Of a DNA stretch of 64,000 nucleotides, positions 26,501 to 38,500 are shown piece after piece. The position numbers were made by a program, and so were the translations under genes. Every line of letters begins with the position of its first letter. Within the stretch, counting starts at the first letter, position 1. A model generated the notes under the pieces. It saw nothing but the letters and a program-made list of their open reading frames with translations, was not told the DNA's origin and made no database searches. This stretch comes from Macrostomum lignano (lineage: Eukaryota): contig NIVC01000099.1 in NCBI GenBank assembly GCA_002269645.1, positions 558,001 to 622,000 of the forward strand, written 5' to 3'.

Positions 26501-29500
26501 TCAGTTACGCCTAATTATGCGACGAAATGCCAGGCTCAAGGCTCGGGAACAACGGAGTATTGCCAGCCGGATATCGACAGTCTGCTGTGTGGTCAGTGAT
26601 ATTCAATATCCTATAATATATCATGGCCATGTATAAAAATAATTAATATAGTCACTCGTCAACAATTGCAGTTCCCAACTTTAAGCCACTTTCGGACTTA
26701 TATGGAACTGCGGAGTTCTCCATCACGTCACAGAAGGTGTTTTACTACAACGATGTCCGCATACCCAGCCCCACATTCAGCTTGGAAAAGGTTACGCTGA
26801 ACACAGGCTCTGTCGGCGTTGACAATCCTGCTCACTATTGGAGGCTCATTGCGGATCTGAAGTCTAGTCACCAGATTCTGTCTGGGGAAATTTACTTCAC
26901 TCTATGTGAGCGCTACTGGTGTAGCTCTTAATTTTCTTTTAATATGCTTGCCTTGTAGAGCTGTAGCCTAGGTGTTAGAGCGGCGGACAAACGACTTAAA
27001 GGTCGAGGGTGCGATTTCCGATCCCACTGGAACACTTTGTGTCCTTGAGCAAGACACTTAACTCTGCATTGCTTCAGTTCACCCAGCTGTAAAATGGGTG
27101 CCACCATTAGCTGGGGTAATTGAGGGTCGACTGAAGCGACCCCTCAGTCCTTGGACTGAACAGCCGTACACAGCCTTCAGATGCGCCGCGCAATAGCTGC
27201 GGCTGAGCTGTCGGTTGCACATCTGCCCATTAGGGTAGGTGTAATCAATTAAAAAAGCTTTAAAAACTCAGTGACAAGGCACCATAGGAAGCTTTAATTT
27301 GATATTCAAATAGCATTACGAGCGAAATATAAGCCCGTATAAATATAAAAAGAGTAATTGCTCAGGAGAAAATTCTCAAACTCAGAGTCGGAGCAATTGC
27401 TCAATCGTGAGAATATTCTCTGAGTCTGAGCAAGTGCTCATCGGGGGTATGAATAAAGAATAAACTCAAACTCTGAGAATATTCTCCGTAGCTTGAGTAA
27501 ATGATCAGAATGCTTTTGGCCACAGACAAAAATCGTTCATACGGCTTTTCGCCGTTAGTACGGCTTTTTACGGCTTCGTAGGGCTTCTTACTTACGACTG
27601 CTTTTTCTCTCGCTTCTCACTTTTGGGAGTTTACATGCGCTAAGCTTAAGTTCAGAAGCAAACATCTAGCTTTTTTGTTCCTTACGGAGACTTCCAGTCG
27701 TACGACTTCTTTGGGCCACGATGAACGGAAATGACGCCGAAGACGAGTTGTTCGTAAAAGTTGTCTCTCGCTACCCCGTCGTCCTCGACAAATTTAGTTT
27801 ATGGAAGTAGTTTTATTCTTATTGACCTGAGTAATTGCTCAATCTCAGAGTATTTGCTCATGAGCAATTTCTCAGTTTATTCATACAGGCCCGAGTCAAT
27901 GCTTGAGTTGGAGCAGTTGCTCATTTTATTCATATGGCCTATAATTTCACTGGTTTCAGCACTGAACAACTTCACTGTGAAAGTCAGCAGAGATTGGAAC
28001 TCCAGCCTCGGCGAGCTCGCATTCGAGGCCTGGCCCCTCTGCTACATCTACAACCTGCCGGAGCAAGCTTCATCACCGCTGAAGTTCTGGTGCGAGAGGC
28101 CCATTGCTGGTCGCTACGTGGCCTTTCTGCAGGGTTTGGCGATAGGAAAGCTTTCCATAACTACCCTGCAACTGCATGCGGAGGAAGGTTAGTCGGCTAA
28201 ATGTATACTAAAGTAATATTCAGCAAGTACTCAAATACATAAGAGGGAACGGAAGCCTTAACGATCTTTAATATCTGTAACCTGCAGAAAATTTTGAAGA
28301 AACCGGGACATACCCGTATCTGATTCGTCGAGTGCCAGCCAAAATAATGAGCTCTGATTCTGTGCAGCGAAACAACACGCTAAAAATGTTTGCCCGCTTA
28401 AGGAATTCCGGACTGAAGCTGTGGCTGACCAATCGGTACGAGCATGCCGATGTCCTCAACTCTGTAAGTCCATGGTGAAATCATGATGTTAGTAAAGCAA
28501 ATCCATCGACAACTTAATCACTCAGGACGGTAAACTCGAAAATCATGGCGAAAAAAATTAGAGGCTCGTTTAAAAGAATTGTTCTATGGCCAAGCATCAT
28601 ATACGAATATTGAAGGCTACACGCGAATGTAGCACGTAAATAAGTGCGAGAGAAGCGAAATAAGAGCCCCACTAGCCCCACTAGCCTTTCGGAAGCCAGG
28701 AGTGTGGGGGGCAATATTCACTATGCACTATGCAAATGTATATACAAAACGTGGCTCTTTCCTATACTGTTGGTCAAGTTTCTGATATTTGCTTTGTTTT
28801 CTTAATTTTTTACTAATGTTTTAATTGTTTAAGCAATCACAGTGCAATTTAATAAAAAGTGTATGATACTTACAAATTCTATAAGGCTTAGCCATAGAAC
28901 AACGCTTTAAAACGAGCCTCTAACTTTTTTCGCCATGATTTTCGAGTTTACCTTCCTTAGGGATTAAGTTGTCCTTGCGCAAATCTACAATTACAAACCC
29001 ATAATCAGTAGATAGCATATGCAGGTAAATAGGAGACCCCTATTGGCTTCCGCTATCGCCCTTTTTTTCAACGAAACAATATTTTAGTATCCTTACCATA
29101 AGCTGGCACTTTAGTTAGTTTTACTAGTATTACCCAGAAGCGTAAATTGAAAGCAGGTACGAAGTAATCTAAATATACTAAATCTTAATATTCTAAAATC
29201 GAACTTATTCATGCAGTTATATATCGCTAGTTCAATTAGTTTTGGTCATGAAATTTCTGATTTTAAATCTGTCGCATGTGCTTCAACGGTATGAAAACAT
29301 CCCATCTACTCGCAGCCTCGCTGGGAGATCTCCATCGGCGGCAACGGCACCGCCGCATTCCTCAGCGAGGCTGCGGTTCGCACTGGAGACTCATCCAGCC
29401 CGAGCACGCTGGCCTCCATGATTCTGACGGGCGCCAGCGGCTCAGTCGCTGCCACCACCGACGACTATCAAAGTCTGCAGCTGGTCTGGACGCAGCTGGG

Positions 29501-32500
29501 AGTCGATGTCAGCATTGGTGGAGTTCTACTCGCCAACCTGACAGTTCCCAGCCCAACTAACGGGCTGCAGATCCAAACAGTGGGCTACACCACTCTGGGA
29601 GATGGATCAGACAGCACGAGGGCTCACGTAATGTTTGACATGCCCAGTAAGTTATTGAGATTTGTACTACACTGATATGAACTTGATGATGAAGATGCTG
29701 CATTCATTGTTTAAAAATTGTAGATGACAGACAACTTGGAATTTGGTCTCCAATGGTTTCACTGAACTTTCCTTCGGGGTGTGCTTCATATGACCAATAC
29801 ATTCAGGCAAGATGCTCTTTGCTAAATGCAGAATTAATTGTTTTCATTCCCCGTAAAGCTGTCTTTTCTAATTAATTTGTTATATCGAAACGAAATTTAT
29901 ACGTAGGTGTCATTTTCGAAGTCGGTCACAGCCTTTGTGCTGGCAACTCAGAGCGGAACTGACAGAGCGCTAGGCAATTTACAATACCCGAGATATTTAA
30001 TATTGTCTCACTCAACTGATGGCGAGTCTTTTGTTCCGTATCCTTTGGTAAGAAATACTAATGCTAAGTGCTCAATTTTGATTCGTTTTGTTCTAATTTT
30101 ATTTTGTTTAACAACAGTGAAAATTGTTGGTCAACAGTTCCGTAATAACATGCTTGATTAATCACCCGCAGAAAATCATCGCGGCCAGAAAACTCCGCAC
30201 AGACTCGTACACCTCTCTGCATGGCTTGTTCCCGGAACTGACTGGCAAAATGTTTCGCATGTACAGGGTTTCCTTTTACTACCGGTGGGAGTCGCGCTGG
30301 ATGCTGTACGGCTGTCTGTCAAGTATGAGCTATCTACAACTATAACTATATATAAATATTAAAAGTTACTCAAAAAGTTCGCAGTCTAATTTTTGCTTCT
30401 TCAGATCGAACAGCCTACGATCCGGCACCTGTGCTCATGTCCCGCTATTTACCTCTGGTCAGCAGCGACATGTCCTCCGCCAAGTATATCACTGACGCAA
30501 GTAGAAAACCTTTCGCATCAACTTGGAATGTCGAAAGCGCAGGACCTTGGATTGCTGTTGACTTTGTGTCGCTGAGATACATCGAATTTGCCCTGATATT
30601 CGGCTACAACTTTTACCACTACAGTAAGCATTGCTTATCCTACAATTGGGGTTGTAGCCTAGTGGATAGAGCGTCGGACTCACGACTTGAAGGTCGGGGT
30701 TCGATTCCCGATCCCACTGGAAAAATTCGTGTCCTTGAGCAAGACACTTAACTCTGCATTGCTTCAGTTCACCCAGCTGTAAAATGGGTGCCAGCACCAG
30801 CTGGGGTAATTGAGGGTGTGTGGCGACCCCCCAGTCCTTGGACTGAACAGCCGTGCGCAGCCTTCAGATGCGCCACGCAATAGCTGCGGCTGAGCTGTCG
30901 GTTGCACATCTGACCAAATTATAATAACGAATAACGAACGAATAACGAACCCATTCTGGAAATCTCTTGTGCGAATTTCATCCTAAATCTATTTGTCTTC
31001 TTTGTTTCAGACTTGGCCTCGAAAGAGAAAAATGTCTACTTAGCCACATTCGCTACCAACAAGTCGGCCTATTCGGAAGCCGATTCAGTTTTCGTCGCAC
31101 GGAACTTTTATGCCGTACTGAAGCAGCCGTGGCGAGTTAACGTTGGCATGGTGAGGGGCTCTTTTAGCTGCATAGCGGACTGAACAAACAATGCGATGCA
31201 GTATGCAGTTAAATCAGGATGTTTTACAAAGTAACTGAGTACGACTGCCTCATCAACCTGCTATATTTCTGCCCACTTAGGAGCGTCGCCACCGGGAGGG
31301 ACAGCGTCAGGGTGACATGCCCCGCCCCCCAGTAAAAGCTATGGGTGGACATTGTCCTCCCTCCCCACCTGGAGTCCTCGAGAACCGTAATGGAGATCAA
31401 TAATTTTGCTTCGGGGTGACAAAATACAGCGCCATGAATTCATGCGGCGCCAAAGTTATCGTGGCAAACAACATAAAATCCCAAAATAATGTAGAAATTT
31501 AGTCATGTAGAATTCTAGGCTTTGTCCCCCCACCATAAAATCCATGGCGACGCCCCTGTGCCCTCCAGTCGCATTTTATTCAGTTCTAATAATTTGTTCT
31601 CGGACCACACTATGCATTATTTACGACTTGTCACTTGACAGGATCGTGAAGACAATTTTTCACGATCCCACGGCTTGTGCATAATTTTTCCTCCCATTTT
31701 ACATCAGTCGGATGATTCGATGACTTGCTAGATGGCAGTGTAAAAGAGCGCGCTTGTCTTCCGAAAATCTACTCATTCGGAACTCAGGATCAGTTCAGAG
31801 CTTGCAGGAAAATTCTACAAGTTAGCGAAAATACTGGCAGTAATGGAGCCCGCTCAGAGCTAGACAGACTGTCTTTATCATGTAATATCCAAAGAGAATT
31901 ACTCAGTACCGGACCACACTAGCAAATCGCCCAGACTCCATCATCTCGAGACCAGTTGGGAAACCAGTTTACAGTAAAGTTGGCATCACAGCTAAAAATG
32001 TGAAACTGTCAACATTGACGAGTAGCGAAATCATGTGAAACTGTCAACATTGACGAGTAGCGAAATCATGTGAAACTGTCAACATTGACGAGTAGCGAAA
32101 TAATGAGGACTGCGAGATCAAAGACTAAGAGAACAAGACCTGTCCAAAGTGCCATATGGGAATAGAAAGTGAAGTTCACTTCTTGTTTTAGTGTAACTTG
32201 TAACTGTTACAGTGCTCCCTTTTATAGTGATAAATTCAAACAGGAAATTTCAGATAAAGTTTTTAATTTTAAAAACGTTACTGCAGAGGATAATGTATTT
32301 TACCTAATGAACCAAAAAGATAGAGATATACTCGTAATGGAAGTTCAGAATTAATCAACGATCTGACACAAGCCAAAGTGAAACTGCCCCAAGGGTTTAC
32401 GGTGGTACCGAAAAGATATGCTCGAGCTGACTCTCGAATAAGCTGTTTGCGTTATTCGTCTCACTGCTACTAAAATATTAATACTAAATAATTCTGGGAA

Positions 32501-35500
32501 TCTTGCCTATCAAACTTTTGCATTTAAGGTCGCTCGAATGCTGGGTTTGGCTAAGACAAACACCAGTCTCTGCACTCCAGACTGTACGTTGAAAATTACT
32601 GAGCTCGAAATCTACGGAAATCCGCTAAGTGAGCCTCTAAAACATTTTTGTCCTTTATCGCCCTGCGTACTAATAAAATACGAGTTCGTATATCGTAACC
32701 TCTAATTGTAACAATTCTTGGAAGCAGGATATTGCTTACGGAAATATCACGAGTCTTTCGAACTAGGTCAGACGCATAACAATAAGATGCTTAATTTAGG
32801 CGAAGAAATCGTTCATTGAATTCCTTAATCTACAAGCGTACCTTGGATGGATCTCAAAAGAAACCTTTTCTTAGTATTGAGATTATTGAGCTCAAATTCA
32901 ATAGTATTCAGCATCCCGGAAGCAATAAAGAGTCCAATTAAAACCCTGCGCATGAGAAACAAAGCATTTTTGTGATTCTTCTAATGCCCCGCCACCGTGC
33001 CAGATGTCACAGACTCCAACATTCCCAAAGCATACGACGTGGCAATCGGTTTTGGAAGCCGTTTCCCCTCAACCGGTGTTCAGCATGCCGACGTCGACAG
33101 CGTGTGCAACTACTGCGCGGACATGTACTCGCTGCCGCTGGATTTTCCAGGCGACGAAAGCTTCCACCATGCCTTCATTGACCCTGTCAGCGATTGGCTC
33201 TCTCTGTACCTGCCTCACACGTATGCACTGACTGGCTTGCTGATTCGGGGCGGCTACAGACGATTCGATAGTCTGCACGGCATGGTCACCAGCTTTCAGG
33301 TGTTCTATTCGGCTGATCGAAACAGTGAAAAACTTGTGCCTTTCACAGATCTGCATGACGGTTCCACGGTAAGTGGTGGAAATCAATATTTCATCTATCA
33401 GTTGTCAATTTTCAATCTGAAACCGGCTGTTCATCAGCAAAATGGAGTTCACTAAAACAGCGCAGTAGTAATAATAACAACAAAGTTGAGAAATCATAGC
33501 ATTCGTCCTAGGCCTCGAACTAGAGCTGCTAATATACCAGTTTCGTCTGCAGCTCGGGAGTGGTTGAAAACTGAAATGATTTCTGCCAGCTCCTTTTGCT
33601 GCTAAGAGTTCGTGAGCCAGCGATAAAGTCAGGATTGGGAGGTAGTCGCATATAGTCGAAGAGCTAGATCGGAGGGTTAGCGACGCTTTATCGAAGAAAC
33701 TTGGGGTAGTGGTGCTATTTTAAGTGGCTGGATGGCAGAGTGAAACGCGTCCTATTCTCGAGCCAGAGTCCACGGGCTCGATTCCACGTGCGGTCACAAA
33801 ATTTTGTGATTGGTGCTGGGCAATTGGTCTGGGGCTTCTCGTGCCAGTCAAGGCCATGGGCTACATTGCCAGTATTTCCCGACGATGTGAAATTCACTGC
33901 CGCAGTAATCGGGACCCATGGCAACGAAAGTGAACCCCCGAACTAATTGGGGAAGCTGTTTTGAGAAGTAAACACTTTAAAGAACCTTGAAAGATGCAAT
34001 TTCATTGTAAACTTTACATTCTTTTCTTTCCTCTTTCTATCCAAACTTAAAATAAGAAGTAAAAATAGTGCTCAAGTATGCGTTCTGAATTTGTTAGTTT
34101 GCAGAAGGGCTGCGGGCACTGCCGCAAATCAGACGACAGTCGACCCGCAGTCATGCGCAGTCCGCTGACCTCTGAGCACGCACAAGGATGCGTGCGCATG
34201 TACACGCTCGTACCGAGTGTACAACGGACCTAACTGTCTTATTGTCAGACGTGTGCACACTCTGTATCTAAGAGATTTACCACCGTGGGCGTAAATCGCA
34301 TGACAAGCCACATGATGAGTTTGAACGCACTTTAGGGCGATAACCAGACGCGTTGCAGTGGAGCTATTCTGCATCCCCTCAAGACTGCGTTGGGATCTTT
34401 TAGCTGAGAAATACTCCAACTCATTTGTAAAGTGTAGCCAGAAGACTTCCACTTAAACTTAACATTTAGGTGTCATTTGACGGGCCAAAAGTCTACGTAG
34501 AGACCGCCAGAGTCAATTTTCAACGGTCCATACTGGCCAAGTTGGTCCAAGTCAAAGTGACAGGCAGCTGTGGAAGAAGGCAGCTGAAAATTGACTTAGT
34601 TGGCTATCCTAATGAGCCAGGTGAGTCAAAATATTTTTGACGCAATGATTCATCAGAATATATTGATTGAATTGTATTACTTGACAGACTACAAGTATAT
34701 CCAACTTTTTTAGCAGCCGAAATTTTCAGCGATGCGATTGCTCACCTAGAGGGGACCTCGACTCTATCTGTGACGTTTAGTTCATTCTACCACCTGAGCA
34801 GGATATCGGTAAACAGAACTACCAGCTCTCTCCTAAGCTTCTACATTACTTACGTTGAAGTTGATGGAGAGCCAAGTGCGACACTCCAAGTACAGGGAGA
34901 CATATGGATGGTAAGATCTTCACCTCTGCTACTATGCAAATTGCTGGTGTAGCCAATTCTACGTGTAGCACAGTAAAGCTGCAAAAATTGCGCTTTCAGT
35001 TCGAAACAAGAGCCCTGCAAGCGAACTTCGAGTTCCCGATTCTTCTGGCGCCGATCGAATTAAAAATTCACTTCACCAACGGCTCTCTGCAGCAGCACGA
35101 GGTCACCTTCTTGGGCAAGCAGTCCGACCCTTGCCCGCCAGGATTCGTGCCCATGGGTGACACCTGCCTGCACCTGAGCCCCGTGCTGGCTCTCAGAGAC
35201 TCGGCTCGAAGAGTCTGTCGTTCGTTTGTGTGGGCCGGCACCCGAGGCGACCTGCTCATGCCGAAGGATGCATCTGTGCTGAGCTACTTGGCTGTTTGGT
35301 GAGCTTTCCAAGTACTGAGAGTCCTTACAGATATTTATATGATAGATTCCCACAAATTTGCACTGGCAATCAACTTAGTCGAGAATACTTATATTGTTTG
35401 CGTGAATTCGCACTGAAAAAACTAACTTGGTCAATTGTTGTCTACGAGTATTCATTAAGAGAATTCCGTTACCACATGCCAGAGCCATAAAATAGTGTTT

Positions 35501-38500
35501 TGCACCGAAAATGACAATGCTTATCTTTTTAAAAGACCAGAAATCTGTCTTAGAAGCGCTGTAGGAGCGTTAAAAAGCTGATTTGCCAGCACAAATAGTA
35601 CTCAATACGTCATAGCACTCGTTCTTTTGTACCCTAAATGCATTAGTGAAGGGGAGGCAAAGACAAGACAAACCGAGTGTGGCGATGGCGAGGCAGCGAA
35701 AAGCCAGAGGATGCAACCCTCAGACGATCGTATTTATTTCATGACTTGTTAAAACGAATTAAACTGATTAAAAATTATAATTAGCGAGGAAAAAAAATTC
35801 AACCGCGAGCAACCCCGCGCAGCCACAAAGGTGGCGGCCTAAATAGGCACGCGCACGCACCAACGCACCCACCACCCCACCAGACAGCCAGCACCCAAAC
35901 AGCCCCCCCCCCTTGCACTAACAGCGGTTAGCCCTCGCGGGCTCGCGCAAACCGATGCATTAGTGAAGGGGAGGCAAAGACAAGACAAACCGAGTGTGGC
36001 GATGGCGAGGCAGCGAAAAGCCAGAGGATGCAACCCCAAGGCCAAACAAACAAATGAATTAACGAAGGAGAGAATTTACGAAACGGCGGAAATAAGGCTG
36101 GGGATAAGAACGGAAATAAAACTTTGAACACAAGCAAAAGTTACTCAAAGGCAACTCTCGTTAAAAGCACCAGCAAAACGCGAACCAGCCCGCACAGAAT
36201 CAGCAGATGGAAGGTAGGCAGTCACAGCATCACTTCGCCAGTCACCGATGCACTTCACCTCCTGAACAGATAGTCTGAGACGGTAGGCCCAGGTGGCACC
36301 ACCTCTGCGCAGGCTGTGCGCTGAGAAAGAACGAGCGTCCTGCTCAGCAGTTGCTAGGCAGCGCTTGAGGAACCTGTCGAATCTTGAGGCAGACAGGACA
36401 ACAGAGGATCCGCTCGCCAACTGGTAGGAGAACACAGGCTGCCTGCAGCCAAGCTTGCTGACACGGAGGTGACCCTCTAGCGCAGCCACTGGGCAAAGCG
36501 GATGTCATTCTTTTAGCCTTGGAAGCAACACCCGGTGCAGCTTCGCGCCGAACTGATTCGTCTTGCCATAACTGACAGAGAGCACAACCCCCTTCGGGTG
36601 GCGTTGAAAGGCTGAGACGGAAATCGGTGAAGCGGACTGCTGACTGGGCAGGAGACTGGAGCGCCGAAACATCCCCCACCAAGCAATAAGCGTCACAAGC
36701 CAGCAGACTCTGTCAAGCGAACTGCTCGAGTTAAGCCGGTTTTTCACAGACAGCAGCATCGCAGGCGAGATCGGCAGCTTCCGTCTTGGTCGCTGGCCCA
36801 TCCTCCGTTTCGCGCCGCGAACGAGCAGTGAGACCAGGTGGTGTTTTGTTAGGTCCTCAGCACCACAGGCTTTGAACCAGCTGGACAGTGCACTGACATG
36901 GACACGCAGACTGTTGAACGATCTCAGGCGGCATTCGACCAGGTGAGCCAGGTAGTTGAGTAGCACCGACCGGTCAGATCGAGCCGGGTTGGTCCCGTTC
37001 TCGTTGCAGAAGCTGTGCCAGGACCGGACGGCCGATGAGATCGCCCTGCGTGACTGCGGTGCGTATGCTGCGGCGAGGAGGCTGGAGGCGGCGGCGCCGA
37101 GGGTCGGCGTTGCAGGGAGGCGGCCTGTGAAAATAAAAAACGGGAGGCAAAAACAGAAAACGCGTGATCCGAAAACTCCACAGGGCAAACTGGTACAGAC
37201 CCGTAAACACGGAAAATAAAATTAAGCAACTCATGACGCGAGTGCAGGCGGGACCCTGCATCAGCAAACAGCTGATAAGCACCAGGAACGTGAAAGACCT
37301 CAAATTCAATGTCAAAACGCAGACAGAGCAACGCCACAGACTGCAGCAACCACATCAGACGCGAGTCCTTGGAGACACCTCGCCTTAGAATCCAACACGC
37401 CGTCTCATTGTCGCAGTACACAGCAAGCCGACAACCAGCCAAGGATTGGCCCCATCTCAAAACAGCCAGCAATATAACCACAGCCTCCTTGTAATTGATG
37501 CAGTAATTCTGAAAAACACCATTTGCGTCGATCTGCCAGTCAATAAAGCACCAATCACGAATCCCATCACCGTCACGGAGCACCGCCGCGGCGCCTGAAG
37601 ACGACGAGTCAGTCTCTATGGCAACACAAGCCCTCGGCGAAGTCCACAGGCCAACACCGATGCGATGCTGCAAAGCCAACCGCCACCAGGAGAGGTGGTG
37701 CACCACGGAGGGACTAACAAGAACCCTGTCATGAGGCCGATGCAGCTTGTTAACAATGTCGATAAGAGGTCGGAGGAAAACTCTCCCGTGCCGAACAACT
37801 TGCGACGCCCAGTTTAACTTGCCGATCAACTTCTGCAAACACGACTTTGACAGCCTTTTCTTCGAAGAGCAGAGGGATAAAACATGCAACAAGTCTTGGA
37901 CTTTTTCGGCAGGAAGAGACATCTGGCCTGCCACGCTATCAAATAAAATGCCCAGAAAGGTCATCCGCGTTGTCGGCGGAACACACTTGCTACGGTTAAC
38001 GGTGAAGCCTAGCCGCTCGAGCAGATCGATGAGATGGTTGTAGAACTTCCAGCAGGACTCCAGATCTCCACAAAAGGCGAAGTCATCCATGTAGGCCTCC
38101 ATAGCGTAGAAACCATGCTTCAACATCATAAAACGCACAGCTTGGCTCAGCTCGTAAAAGCAGAAGACGGAAGCCGAAGCACCAAACGGGAGCCGCGTGT
38201 CGTACAGGTACACTGGCTGGCCCTCGCCTTGGAGCTGAATCTTCATGCCTGTGACCCGGTGGTCATCAGGGTGCACACCACATGAACGATATGCTTGCGA
38301 CAGATCCACTTTGCACATGTACGCGCCGCTGTACAGCTTCGAGGCAAAGTTGCTGGCCGAAGTAAAACGCAACTTCCGTTTCGACTCAAAGAAATCATTC
38401 ACAGAGGCGCCAGTTGGCAGGCTGCAGTCGTGAATAAGGCGGATGGAAGACGAATCCGCCTTAGGGATCGCACCAAGTGCACTAACGATGAGCGGCCGGT

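Noticed and set aside
30648-30720. Possible tRNA gene
   Set aside because: It is a SINE head: the acceptor and anticodon stems are degenerate, the anticodon differs between copies, and it continues into a shared SINE body.
31998-32101. Three 35-bp direct repeats
   Set aside because: A simple tandem triplication without spacers; no further structure supported.
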